Origin: Macrostomum lignano
Taxonomy: Eukaryota
Assembly (NCBI GenBank): GCA_002269645.1
Contig: NIVC01000822.1
Coordinates: 62,001-126,000, forward strand
Length of the DNA: 64,000 bases
Direction: 5' to 3'
Part shown: positions 26,462-39,639 of the stretch, piece after piece
Numbering within the stretch: the stretch's first letter is position 1
Layout of the letters: every line of letters begins with the position of its first letter
Translations under genes and position numbers: made by a program
The notes under the pieces: generated by a model
What the model was told of the DNA's origin: nothing
Databases searched by the model: none
The model's input: the letters and a program-made list of their open reading frames with translations, nothing else

Positions 26462-26949
26462 AACGAAAGTTTCCTTACACACCCTCTCTTCAATATAAAT
26501 TTATAATTATATTATATTTCAATATAAAATTATAATATTTTACATATTATAATTATATTTTTAATTATAATTTTAATTACATGTATATATAATTATATAA
26601 TTAAAAAAGATATTTAATTTATCTGCACTTTCTTTGAAAATTTAATCTCATAAGAATAAAATATAAGCAGAAAAGTCATGCTCAAATGTCTTTTGCTGAG
26701 CAAAACTGTCACTCTATAATGATGGTATTAAATATTTACGCGTAGATGAACTTTGTTTTTGTTTTTAGTTACTCTTAAGACTAGAAAAAAAATTACCTGG
26801 GACTATATGAAGTATAACTTGTTTCAACTAATTGTTTTACTTAAATGAATAAAAAATATATACACTGTAAAAGTTAGCTCATAACAGCAACAACAACAAC
26901 AAATTATGCAGCTAGCAATCAACGTCACAGAGCAGGGTGCTTCAGATGG

Positions 26950-27390
26950 CGCGCCGCAGAGCCTGAGAGCGGACGAAGTCTGCCCCGTTGGCAGTGTCGG
27001 GCGCCCTGGCGTCGCGTACGTAGGAGGCAGTCCACGTATCGACGGGTTTGGGCCTGACCCCGCCTGAGCGGGCCCTGCAGAGAGTGAGCAACAGGACGTC
27101 CTGAACAGGTTGGCGTGTTGACAACCAGTCCGACGCTCAATGCCACCTTGACCAACCTGTCGATCTGGCGGGATGCCACCTTGAACGGACGAGGACAGGA
27201 GGGCGAGTTCGTCGGCGTAGCCAAGCAAATAATAATAAGGCGCTTTTCGCCGTGGCGGCGACCGATGCGTCTGCGCAGCGCAGGAAGCCGTCGTTAGTCG
27301 AGGAGACTGCGGTCCGAAGCACCCAGTGGCAGCAGCACGAAGAGAAACGGCGCCAAAGTGTCGCCATGCAGAACTCCTGATGAAGTGTCG
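26950..27390 (-). mobile_element. Non-LTR (LINE, RTE-like) reverse transcriptase fragment
   Basis: TSSGVLHGDTLAPFLFVLL..WVLR, LGYADELALLSS, IDRLVKVALSVGLVVN in shifted frames. Confidence 0.8.
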
Positions 27391-28264
27391 AACTGATGAT
27401 GATTTACATGTATGTAATCGCCCTACTAGTGAACCGTCTTCTCATGGGGAAGGATCAGATCGTATGACTATGGATGGCTGCCAGCCGTCTATGACCAGAC
27501 TATGACCAACAGATCGCCCTTCAGGTTGTCCCGCCCATGCATATTGATAACAATTTTTGGTAGTGCTATATTAGAGACGGGGTAAAGACCCAAATGTGCC
27601 CCATCGATAGCTAAGGTGCAAATATTGATCATCGGGTTATTGCATGACCCACTGGCTGCCACCACTCTGTGACCTGGCGAACCTGGATCTACGGTATGAC
27701 CAGACCTGGCGAGGCCGGAGCCCCGCCTGGGATGGGTATCAAGGGTTGGAGCTAGCGGCGAGCAGCATGCAGCCGAATAGCTATAATAGGAATCTGCTTG
27801 GGCACAAATCGGGAACTCCGGGATCATACAGACGGATTTTTATCAGGGGATCCTTTTAAGGCTGTGATGACATACGGTTCAGATTGCAAAAAGTACATGT
27901 AGTGTATAGAGAAAACGTAGAACAGCTATACATGTACATCTAGTTTGGATTGATCAATGGGTTCGGGCCTGGCTCCTCATATGAAAAGGTTTTCCTCTCC
28001 ACATGGAGCACCAGACCGCTGATGTGATGAACCACTGCTGGCAGCGTGCGTCTGCGTCGTGGCATGTCAGGTCCGCTGATACGTCAGCAGACACAGTCAG
28101 CATATCTCGGTCTTCAATATGCTGACAACGCTTGAACCCACCTCTTTCTGTGCTTTCAACAGACGAGAAAAAGAGGCTGAGGTCGCCAGCGTTGCCAAAC
28201 AAGCTTAGGTGTTTTTTGCCGCTGTGGCGAACGATGCGTCTCCACAACAGATAAAAAAAGCAGG

Positions 28265-28626
28265 AAGAAATCTCTCCATTTCAGCATTCTAGGTGTGCCA
28301 CGAAGCTCACAGATGTTCAATTGAAAAGATATTTTTGGTGTAAGGTCTACTCAGATGTTATATTGCTAAAATGCTTTTAGTTTAATTTTAAAAAGATTTT
28401 CCTTGCTGTAGTATGCATTTGATTTTTTTGTACAGTCACCATCTACGTCGTAAATTCTAAAGAAAATTCTCTCCATTTCAGCATTCGAGGTGTGCCACGA
28501 AGCTCACAGATGTTCAATTGAAAAGATATTTTTGGTGTAAAGTCTATTCAGATGTTATATTGCAAAAATGCTTTTAGTTTAATTTTAAAAAAATTTTCCT
28601 TGCTGTAGTATGCATTTGATTTTTTG
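28265..28626. repeat. Direct duplication of about 165 bp (period about 197 bp)
   Basis: TCTCTCCATTTCAGCATT...GTAGTATGCATTTGATTTTTT occurs twice. Confidence 0.9.
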
Positions 28627-30704
28627 TTTATTTATTTTCGTGGAACTGAACGTGGAACTGAAAATCCGGTCATAACAATGTGTGTGGCAGGCGGGTTGCC
28701 ACGGATAACACTTGAATTTGGCGTTTGAACATTTTTGCATGGTGCATGCGGTGACTCCTAATTTTTGGGGTGACGTCACTCCTGTGGCGGGATTTGTCTA
28801 TAACCCGTTTCATGCGTATATTCGCACGCAACGGGATTTGCTTATCCATTTTTGTTATACTAATGTATTCCATGCCGCCCTGCATTATGCCCTCTGGCGT
28901 GTATTTTCTTTCCCGGTGCATGTCCATCCTGAGTCCCCGCTGCGTGTCCATGTATTCCTCTGTATATAATGCGATGATTTTTCATGACTATTTTTTAGTG
29001 GTTTTTGTTTTTTGTTTTGCTTTTAGTTTAGTTTTGGTTCATGCTCTCATCCCCTCGTTTCGTATTTGCCAGCTTTTGTGTTTTCCTGGGTTATTGATTT
29101 ATTCATTAATTCAGTGCTCCATTTGCTAGCGTAAGACAGTTAATACCTTCTATTTTCGGCCTTGCCCCCCCCCCCGTGTTCGTCTGAGTAGAGTCGAGTC
29201 TTAAGTAACATTTAATAATTCTGCTCACTAAAACTTAATAAATTCCAATAATTAACTATATTTATTCACTAATCCAAAGCCATAGTATCTCTTGAATTAT
29301 TTGCCCGTGGGGCGTAAAATAACCAAAGTTCTCATCTCAAAGAAAGCTCTGAGACTTATTCGTTCCGTAATACGTAAATTACGGTGGTGGCAGCAACTAC
29401 CCTACTGAAAGTAACGAGTTCAGATAATCGACGCATTAATTTTAGAGTCAGAAATCTCCGGTGTTTCACCGCTTTGAACGACCGCGCCGCTAACGACCGC
29501 TCCGCTACGATTACGACTACCCTTCCCCCGGACTTGAGAACCCGGCTGTCGGAGTAAAACAGGAGAAGAAATTTCGATCGTTGTGATTCGTCTGCGCGTT
29601 TTCCCGGTTTTATTCGTGCGAACTCAACGCCGGCGGCAATTCAAACGAGGAATCCGCCCCACCTCACTGGTGTCAGCAAATTCAAAAAGCAACCGTTCCA
29701 AGAAAAATCTTCTCCACCCCCACCTCAAATGCAGTATTTGATTGCAGAAAAAACTATTTGTTTTAGGATTAACACGGAATAAATACCTTTATTTGTTATA
29801 TTCAATATTGTTATTATTTTTCTTATTTTAGTTTTCTTTATGACAATTATATTATCATTATTTTATTATTATTATTACTAATACCACTTATTATTCACCG
29901 AGTTTTATGTTTTGAAGTAAAAACTTTACTTTGAAGTAAAAAAATGATAAAAACTTAACTTAACAGACAACGTATTCTGAAATGTCTTCAGTTATAGTCC
30001 AATTTGTTTTAATGTGTAGCGCTTGCGAGAGGGTACCCACGTGTTTTAGGGAGAGCCCTGGCAACAAATCTAACTTTAAAGTCGTTGAAAAGATAAACAA
30101 AATTTAAAAGCCACTAACAGCTGCTAACCATCTATCTGAAACTAAGCTAATCGGATGATAGCATAAAGAATTGTAACTATTTTCTATACTTCTGCGCTTC
30201 TCTGCCATATCTCGTTGCTATTGATCTTCAGTTAAACGGACGATATTTGTTGCTTTCTATATTAAAAAAATAGTTTAGGGATGAAGTGAAAATGAAAAAA
30301 CAAAAGAAATTTCTGTGCACTTTCAGCTTCAGCACCGAGTTACATGTATATACACATGTAGATCTCCAGTCTCCAGTTTGAAATGGACGCGAACATGTAC
30401 ACATGCATGTGTACACGTACGACTTAAAAAATTAAAGCTGTTTTAATTTAATCTTGCGAGAAAAAAAATGGCGGGCTGTTTCATCTATTACATCTACTGT
30501 GCGAACTATTCACATGGCAAAAGAGGTTGGGTAGCATTTTTAGCTAAAGCTATAAATTTACATATACATGTACAATTTGAGATGCTGGAGGCCCTAATAA
30601 AAAGAAAGCTGATGAAATTCATAGCTGCTTTAATTACTCGATCGTTCAGTGCGTAAATGTTTCGAAGACAGACTGACGCACACATACACAATATCCTGAA
30701 ACAG

Positions 30705-31502
30705 TTATTCAGAGTTGCATGTCGACAGGCCGTGAAATGTTCGGAGTCTTCTGAGACCGCTGGTCACAGGATGAGGGTCCCAAGCAGGTTGTGTCTGATT
30801 TGTTAGCCGCCCGCGCTGCCTCCGTCGCAAAGCCGTAGCCCCAGAGCGTTCTACCGGGTCTGCAGGGGTCGGGCAGCCCGGCGGAGAGAACCGGAGTCCC
30901 AACCCGGCCACCGCAGCCGTTTCACCGCAGCCAGCTACAGTGGACGATTCCCCACCAGGTTTCATTAGACCGATGGAGAAGTCCGGAAGCTGTGACTGCC
31001 ATCTCCAGACCGCTTCGCTGAAGCTGATTCCGTCAACGCCACGGCGGAGGCGCCGGCTTTGCCGCGAACGCACTGTGACTGATGCTGCGGCGGCCTCATT
31101 GCTTGCTTCGTGTATCTCTATCAGTTTCTTCTCTGTCTCACCAAGACAGTCGCAACCGGCAATGTCTTTACCTGGTGCAAGTCGCCGAAGCGCTGGCAGC
31201 CGCTGCTGTCTTATCATTGCTGCCGCAGCTATCTCCGCTGAAGCCGGCGGCTGCAGAAATGGACTCGGATGGAGATGCCGTCGCTTAGGCTTCGGTGGCG
31301 GTGGTGGTGGCGGCTGGGGAGGCCGGGTGTCCTCGAAAAGGGGGCACAAAACACCGCGGAGATCGGCGAAGCTGGTGGTGGCCTCCCTGCGGAACTGTAG
31401 CAGCTGTAGCTCGTTGCAGGCTGAATTCAGCTCGCGCAGGTGAAGGCAGTTCAGCTGCCGCCGTTTCACGAGCTGCCGCACCGAGTCCTTCTCGGTGTGC
31501 AT
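30705..31502 (-). CDS. Uncharacterised 265-aa ORF with a poly-Pro tract
   Basis: GC-rich island with an ATG-started ORF and composition like neighbouring exons; no recognisable domain. Confidence 0.45.
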   Translation of the reverse strand: MHTEKDSVRQLVKRRQLNCLHLRELNSACNELQLLQFRREATTSFADLRGVLCPLFEDTRPPQPPPPPPPKPKRRHLHPSPFLQPPASAEIAAAAMIRQQRLPALRRLAPGKDIAGCDCLGETEKKLIEIHEASNEAAAASVTVRSRQSRRLRRGVDGISFSEAVWRWQSQLPDFSIGLMKPGGESSTVAGCGETAAVAGLGLRFSPPGCPTPADPVERSGATALRRRQRGRLTNQTQPAWDPHPVTSGLRRLRTFHGLSTCNSE

Positions 31503-33311
31503 TGCACTGCAGCACTTAGCTTGCTATGCGTCTGTAGGTCTCTAAGGCCGCTCGGAATAATCTGAATAAATCTTCTGTTCACTAACCCGTCTTATTTAGC
31601 CACTCTTGCTAGCTCAACTGCCACACAATTGAGGTGCATGGGTGTGCGGTGGTTTGCTAACCCCGCTGCGCAGCTCACACTTATTATTATACCCTCGCAT
31701 CTACACCCAGACCGGAACAGCAACAAAAGGTTGGAAGAGCAAGCGGCCTCACCCCATAAAGATTAAATCATACCATCACCCCTCCTGCGGAGCAGACAAT
31801 TACTGTTAAGGTTGGCTCTAGTGCAGTGCTATACTATGCTCATGCTCATTTCCAGCCTGCACTGTCTATAAATACTGACACGGACTGCGTCTTTTAACCA
31901 GTGCACGACGTGTACTGGATTAATACCCACAATAATACCACTGTGGCAGCTATGATTATTATACAAAATGAAAATATGAACATTGAATATCAAAATATGA
32001 ACATTGGGCCTGCCTCTTATTGAAAGCAATTACATTTTTTGTGCATTTTTTCGAAAAATCCTACCTACTAAAATTTCCAAGAAACGAGGTTTCCTGTCCT
32101 TCTATTTAAGTCGTACTTCATACATTAACTGAAAGATTAAGAGAAATTGAAGCTGAGGGAGAAAAAAATTTGGTATTTGACGAAATGCCGTTTCTCGATC
32201 GTTGTAGCGCATCCGTGAATGAACAGCGTCGGCAGCACATGTACCGAAGTTGGGTACTGTTAGAACTGTGCACAGGTTGGGGAAGGCAGACAGACAATTT
32301 GGAGCGTTCGATACGCGTGACTTTTCTCACTACGTGAGAAAACCCGATCACAGCAGGTACAGTCGGACACTCAAACTCGAACATCTCCAACGCGCTGCAG
32401 GCCAGCGTGCGCCACGTCGATTTTCTGTTCCAGCGATGTGTCCAAAGTCTCGAGTACATTTACAGTAGCAAGAAGACGGTCTTGACCTTTGCCTGAACCT
32501 GCAAGCACGAAATAAGTAAGACATCGTAAGACATCGTAAGACATCGTAAGACATCGTACAAGTACGGACATGTACAACAGTGTTGCCCTTACTCCAAACG
32601 GAAGCAAGTCATTGCAGGCAAGTACGCGGCAAACCAAACCACCGAGATAAGCTACGCTCGTACTGACGTGGAATACAATACTTGTGAGGGGATTGTCGAG
32701 TGACGTTGAAATGTCGTTGAAACCTACATGCATCATCACAATGATATTCTTTATTCTTAGGAAGGATTCAGAAAACTATTAGACGCAGTCACAATTCGTA
32801 ACAAACTCCAAGAAATCTCGGTTCCTTTGGAGCACCCAGAGAGCTGTTACGAGACAATTGTGCTCAGTTCATCAAACCAGCCAGAATAGATTCCTGGACT
32901 CATTAATGTAGCTGAAATGAGTTTACAAGAAGAAAGCACGGATATGAATCCGGATTAAGACGCTGCCTTAGCGCAGTGCAATCAGAGCAACACAATTTAG
33001 AAAACGCAATGCACTTTTATTTTTGCCTCCGGGCTGCAATAGTAACACAAGATTAAAAACACTGTACAGATTCGCTGCCACAGTGAGCAGCAGCCCAGTC
33101 CATTAACTGTACTCAGATACACAACCAGACTCAGAAACCGCGGGCTTAAGATTGCTACACTTCATACCAGTTAACAAACCCGCTCTGGCCGTTGACTGTT
33201 TCTGTCTTGGTGGCTTCGAATGACAGAATGTCGGACAATAATTCAGGTGAAAATTAAACCAATCAGAGCACACAAAGATGCAGTTAATGAACAGGGAGAA
33301 AGGCATGTCAG

Positions 33312-34041
33312 TCACTGGGTGAGGTCACCGGCTTCCCACAGCTCCTGCTCGTACAGGTCTGCCCGAACCTCCCTGCCGCCGAAGAAGCGACCAGCCATAG
33401 CACGGCAGGCAGCCTCAGCCCCAGCCGAGTCCTCGAACTCAACGAACACCCGCACGGAGTCCGCCTGCTCAAGGATGACCACCCGCTGGACGCTGCCAAA
33501 CTTGGCGCACTCGGCGGACACTTCGGACTCCAGGTCTTCGTCCAAATCCTGCGGCGTGACCATGTTGCGCAGCAGGAGCACCCTGGGTGGTGCGGCCCGC
33601 ATCATCAGCTTCCGCATCACCAGCCGCCTAGCCTCCTGGCCCCTGATGAAGTCGTTCTCGTGCTCAACGCTTTCCGGTTGTTGGCCCAGCATCGCATCAT
33701 CCTCCATTAGCTGCTGCTGCTGCCTCTCAGTCATCCCCGCCGCTGCTGCAGCCGCCATTGCAGCTGCGACAGGCGGAGGAGGCGCCAGAGCTGCAGCTGC
33801 CTGCGATACCTGCGGCTGTTCCGATTGCTGCTGCGATACCTGCGGCTGCTGGTTCTGGGTCTGCTGCTGCTGCTGCTGTTGCTGTTGCTGGGGGGCCGAA
33901 GGTGCAGATGAACTGAGCTCTGCGGGACCCACAGCCCGCTGTGCCATGAGCTGGGCAGTGATGTTGGCAGCTGCAACGGCAGCCGCCGCGGGCAGGGCGG
34001 ATGGAGGGGCGGAAACCGGCACAACGGGCGGAGTGATGGCC
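33312..34041 (-). CDS. PUF60: PUF60 exon 4 (Ala/Gln-rich linker plus UHM domain); spliced CDS totals 537 aa
   Basis: RAITPP, AAAVAAANITAQ, LLLRNMV..DEDLESEVSAECAKFG..RFFGGREV; all four exons are phase-consistent; AATAAA at 33016-33021. Confidence 0.95.
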
Positions 34042-34485
34042 CTGGTGGATCGAGTAGGTGGTTTAATTAAATAGTCGACTAAGCTGCAGCACAAGTTTTC
34101 TTTCAGCACCAAAACATAAATTGCGCTAAATGACACCGACTTTAAATTGGATATGGAATAAACAAGCTTTTGCATCAATTTTAGGCTGGCTGAAAGTAAG
34201 GAACTCAAGGAAGGTTTAGAAGGCTGGCTTTACGCTCGAATTGTAGGAATTTTTGCGCAATTTTGCAGCTTACTTGTGAACTAAGCGGTATTTCACAATT
34301 GCCAACAATGCCATATATTCTACTACAGTTTCCCCTATTCTAGAGTAGAACTAATTCTAGAGCTGGGTAGTTAGCCATTTCCCCAGGACTCTTTCAATTG
34401 AAATGCTTCTGCACATACAGGTAGATAATGGATAAGAATGAAATGCGGAATATCGAAGCATCGAACCGGCAAGTCTCAGACTGAC

Positions 34486-34804
34486 CTGCCAACCTTGAGC
34501 AGCTGCCCGCCAAGGTCAAATCCATGCATCGCACTAATGGCCTCGATGGCAGACTCCGGGGTGGAGTACTCTATGAAGCCGAAGCCGCGGTGAACGCCGG
34601 GCACGGTGGGGTCGGGCTCCAGCTTGCAGCTCACCAGCGAGCCGAAAGCCTCAAACACGGAGCGCAGCTCGAACTCGGTGAGCTGCGGGTGCACGTTGGC
34701 CACGTAAACGCGGCTGTACAGCGACCCCTCACGCACCAGCTCGTCGATCACCGGGTTTGGATTCGAAATGTTCGATGGCCGACTCACCTTTAGGTTGCGA
34801 CCTC
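34486..34804 (-). CDS. PUF60: PUF60 exon 3 (linker plus RRM2)
   Basis: GGRNLKVSRPSNI..RVYVANVH..RGFGFIEY..FDLGGQLLKVGR; cccgcag| and GGCAG|gtcagt. Confidence 0.95.
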
Positions 34805-34877
34805 CTGCGGGATGAGCACCGGAGGAACAGGTAAAATTGAATTTAATTTAACACCAACAGTGTATGCACACATATCA

Positions 34878-36214
34878 CAGTGCACTCTGACTCCACCAAA
34901 TAAATTCATGACACAGTGCACTCTGACTCCACCAAATAAACTCATGACACAGTGCACTCTGACTCCTCACCAAATAAATTCATGACACAGTGCACTCTGA
35001 CTCCTCACCAAATAAACTCATGACACAGTGCACTCTGACTCCACCAAATAAACTCATGACACAGTGCACTCTGACTCCTCACCAAATAAACTCATGACAC
35101 AGTGCACTCTGACTCCACCAAATAAATTCATGACACAGTGCACTCTGACGCCTCACCAAATAAATTCATGACACAGTGCACTCTGACTCCTCACCAAATA
35201 AACTCATGACACAGTGCACTCTGACTCCTCACCAAATAAATTCATGACACAGTGCACTCTGACTCCTCACCAAATAAACTCATGACACAGTGCACTCTGA
35301 CTCCACCAAATAAATTCATGACACAGTGCACTCTGACTCCACCAAATAAACTCATGACACAGTGCACTCTGACTCCTCACCAAATAAATTCATGACACAG
35401 TGCACTCTGACGCCTCACCAAATAAACTCATGACACAGTGCACTCTGACTCCACCAAATAAACTCATATCACAGTGCACTCTGACTCCTCACCAAATAAA
35501 TTCATGACACAGTGCACTCTGACTCCTCACCAAATAAATTCATGACACAGTGCACTCTGACTCCACCAAATAAACTCATGACACAGTGCACTCTGACTCC
35601 TCACCAAATAAATTCATGACACAGTGCACTCTGACTCCACCAAATAAATTCATGACACAGTGCACTCTGACTCCTCACCAAATAAACTCATGACACAGTG
35701 CACTCTGACTCCTCACCAAATAAACTCATGACACAGTGCACTCTGACTCCTCACCAAATAAACTCATGACACAGTGCACTCTGACTCCTCACCAAATAAA
35801 CTCATGACACAGTGCACTCTGACTCCACCAAATAAACTCATGACACAGTGCACTCTGACTCCACCAAATAAATTCATGACACAGTGCACTCTGACTCCAC
35901 CAAATAAATTCATGACACAGTGCACTCTGACTCCTCACCAAATAAATTCATGACACAGTGCACTCTGACTCCTCACCAAATAAACTCATGACACAGTGCA
36001 CTCTGACTCCTCACCAAATAAACTCATGACACAGTGCACTCTGACTCCTCACCAAATAAACTCATGACACAGTGCACTCTGACTCCTCACCAAATAAACT
36101 CATGACACAGTGCACTCTGACTCCTCACCAAATAAACTCATGACACAGTGCACTCGGACTCCTCACCAAATAAACTCATGACACAGTGCACTACAGTGCA
36201 CTCCGACTCCTCAC
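34878..36214. repeat. 36/38-bp minisatellite filling PUF60 intron 2; the unit contains the 5' splice site
   Basis: Sense unit AGAGTGCACTGTGTCATGAGTTTATTTG|GTGAGGAGTC, about 36 copies starting at the true donor. Confidence 0.95.
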
Positions 36215-36458
36215 CAATGGTATATCCATTCATGCCGTCAATGGCCAGTGTGGCTGCCTCGGCAAGCTCGAACTCAACGAATGCATAGCCTTTGTGTTTG
36301 CGGGTGGCGTTGTCGAAACCCATGTTGCAGGCCTTTACTGTGCCGTAGGTTTGGAAGGCGGCAGTCAGCATCTCCTCCGTGACGTCAGCGGCAATGCTGC
36401 CCACGTAAATTCTGCTGAGCAGCAACAGAGCCTGAGCTCGCTTCACTTGCTGAACTTG
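36215..36458 (-). CDS. PUF60: PUF60 exon 2 (RRM1)
   Basis: RAQAL..SRIYVGSI..KHKGYAFVEFE; ttgtag| and ATTG|gtgagg. Confidence 0.95.
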
Positions 36459-36860
36459 CTACAAGGGGAAGTGTTGCTCATTCAATAATTATTGATCAAT
36501 GACGATTGTGACAGAGCGGGATAGAATTCAGGTGTGGTCATATCTCTCTGGGGTAGCAATACTCAGTCACAGCATGGGGGTTTCCTCGTTCAACACGAGG
36601 GCCAAACCCGAACACCCTAAATTGTAAAAGTGTATATGGCCTGACTTTGAATAATTCAGACACCTGTGAATGTGCGCATGTATACCCGCGCTAGTGTGTC
36701 TGCCACAATTGCCTTCCCAGCGGCTGTGGGACGATGTCACAGAATGCATTGTCCACAGCACTTGAATAGTGCAAACTAACAAATCCTAAGTTTTAAACGC
36801 CTTTTCAATCAAATAGCACTCATGAATTGAAAGCAGTAATGAAGCAAGCACTCTACCCAC

Positions 36861-37181
36861 CGCGCGGTGATGCTTCTCCTGCATCTGGTGCATGATGAAC
36901 TTGACACTTTGCTCCTTGGCGAATCGTTTGGCTCGCCGGACATAGTCTTCACAGCGGCGCGACTGCAGCTCTGGAATGATGCACAGCGCCATCAGAGGCC
37001 TCTGGTGACCGGAGCCTTCTGTGAGATCGCCCGTTTGCTCATATGTTGCCATAGAAACAGGAGCTGGGCCAGGCGCGCTCTCGAAGAAAATGGTGTCTGG
37101 TCGGCCATCTGTCCAGGCCGAGTTCGAGTTGGAGGGGCTTGACTGGCCGGACATGCTGTGGCTGTTGGGCCGGCCGAACAT
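36861..37181 (-). CDS. PUF60: PUF60/half-pint exon 1
   Basis: YEQTGDLTEGSG..RRAKRFAKEQSVKFIMHQ resembles the PUF60/Hfp N-terminal AKKYAMEQSIK region; donor GCG|gtgggt. Confidence 0.8.
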
Positions 37182-39639
37182 TTGCAAGGTTTGGGTTGAA
37201 TCAGCATGCGGTTATTTGTCCAGTTGTTTCAAAAGTCCTTATACACAATGGGCCTTTTCATATTACTTTTTCTGGTTCTAGAACCAGATATATTTGTAAA
37301 GTATAACTTTTTGTCTCCTGAACTAGAGGGACATATACATGCTATAAAGTCATTATAATTGAATGGCAATAGGCAAGAAGAAGTAAAAAATTGCGCAACC
37401 TGAGGCTGTTAGACAGTAAAAAACTCAACAAAGTTAAATAGATATACTGTTTTTTCTTGGAACTTGGGTTTCTGATTTGGCTTGTGAAGTCTATAACTAA
37501 AGGCAGTTAGACCAGTCTTGGATATATACAATGGGGTTTGTAGGGCTTTATCATCCCTAGTTGACAATCTTACTTTTCGTCTGGTAAGATCTGACGGCAA
37601 TTGCGATTTCTTATTAGATTTTACATGTTCTGATCAGAAGAGTCAAGAACAAAATCAGCTGCTTATGGGGCAAAAATATCGTAGAAAAATATTTGTAATT
37701 GATTCAACAAGTGTTTTATTTAATAAAATACCAGCTAGCTAACTTTTGCTACTCAGTATAAAATAAAAGTTCTTAATTGGGGTTTCTTATCAGATCTTTT
37801 TAAGTTCTTTCAACGCCCATTGTCCTTATAGGTTTTCGAATTTAAAATGAATTGAGGGGACACAATTTGTATCTACAAGTCTTGGATTGATTTTTTGTGT
37901 CATGAGTATAAAATAGTTTTTGATGAAAAATATTTTTTCCATTTAGTGTTAATTATGCAGTTTTACATACAAATAAAAAGTGCAAATGGGTAATAATTAG
38001 CAAAGACATCAAGAAAATATATATTCAAAATAAATATTATTAATAGAATCAAAAGTCACAGAACTGTATGATTTCACTACATTTGTGTGTACTTAAATCA
38101 AATTTTGTTTAAATTTTTAAGAAATTATAATTGCCCCAATTTTTGCTTTTGCAGAGCTTTCACATTAACTAAGTCAGCTAATGTGGTACACCTCGAGCTC
38201 TGCCTTTACAGGCAAGTGTGTTATTTAATAAATTGGAACTCCAATCAAAGAACCCCTCCTTAGTATTCTATTTGCGTTTCGCTGCAATATTGTTTCTAAG
38301 TAAAATTTACTTTTTATTTTTAAGCTCTAAATACGTAAGCTAGTCTAGCTATACTTTTTATTATTGTTTATTAGCTTTAGCTTCTAAAGATGGACACACT
38401 AAGGGAAAGGCAAATTGTTAGGAAGCATCCTTTGACTAAAATCCAGCAGCAAAAGTTAGAATCTACTTATTGCCTATTTTGGTATTACAACACTAAGTGT
38501 TTTTCCCAAGTCTTCAAGCTTTCTGATAAACGATTTTCTGCGTTTACAGCTGAAGAGAAGCTGAGCTGGTCTATTGTAAGTATTAAACCAAGCTATTTGA
38601 CTATACTTAGCCTTTCAGATAAGCCATAAAATTTGAGTAGATAGAAATTAAGAAAAATTTTAATATACATTTTAATATCATCCTTATACAATTATTTCAT
38701 ATTAGGCCTAATAATATTTTTTTCAATATATACTATCTAGCAATCAAACTCTTTTAAAATTTGTATTTTTTAATTTTATATATACAAAAATCTTGTGATT
38801 TATATTTTTGTTCTATATTTTTCTTCATAATGCCTTTTATATCTTGAGCAGTGAAGCCTTATGGTACTAGATGCATTATGCCCACCCAAAATTTGGGTTA
38901 AAGGCACCATATAAATTGAATTAAAATGCAAAAGTTGCCAAAATTTGGTTTGTGACCCCTTGAAATCTAAAAAATGGCTTCTGCCCCCCTAGAAAAATTG
39001 TTCTACCACCCCTGTCTATGCTGATAAATTTAGAGGGTATTACAATTAATATAGTATATTTTATACATTTTTTTTTGTTAAAAATATTTGCATTCAGAGT
39101 TTTTTATCATTAGAATTAGTTATCACAATCATAGGATCCCAATATTCAAGGTCCTAAATCACAAGAAAAAATTAGATATAATAAAGATATAATATATTTT
39201 TTACCTTTTCAAGCCAATCTTATTTCTAGATAATTTTTTCCATGTTTGTTGATATTTTGTTAGATTTAAAATTTCTATATTTAATTAAACTTAACCTTTC
39301 TTTGCTTAGTTAAGGCCAAGTAGAAAGTGCCAGCCCACTAGCAGCTTCAAGCCTTTTATTTCCTAAAATACTATGTATACCTCTAGGGTTCTGTTTATCA
39401 CCATTTTGAAAGTTAAAACTCTTTCAGTCTTGTATGCATAATAAATTTTTAAGATTAGATACTATATAAATTACAAAAAAAGTAATGATACTTAAAGAAT
39501 TATTTCTAATAAATGATTAGCCTAGGCTATTGGGCTAATTACTAGGTTTTTTGTCCTAAAGTTGGATACATTTTTGTATGCTAGGTTAGATTTCAGGATG
39601 CAATTTTCAAAACTTGGATGCTATTTTGCCATTTTTAAT

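Larger units (their letters stand above)
25944..30057. mobile_element. 4.1-kb non-autonomous Mutator-like (MULE) element with nested cargo
   Basis: TIR GGGTCTCCCTAAAACACGT / ACGTGTTTTAGGGAGAGCC; 9-bp TSD CTGGCAACA at 25935-25943 and 30058-30066. Confidence 0.8.

Noticed and set aside
27370-27400. CTGATGA motifs
   Set aside because: Antisense of LINE RT coding sequence; no ribozyme stems
32118-32900. Short ORFs and splice-like sites on both strands between the orphan ORF and PUF60
   Set aside because: No consistent exon chain or recognisable domain
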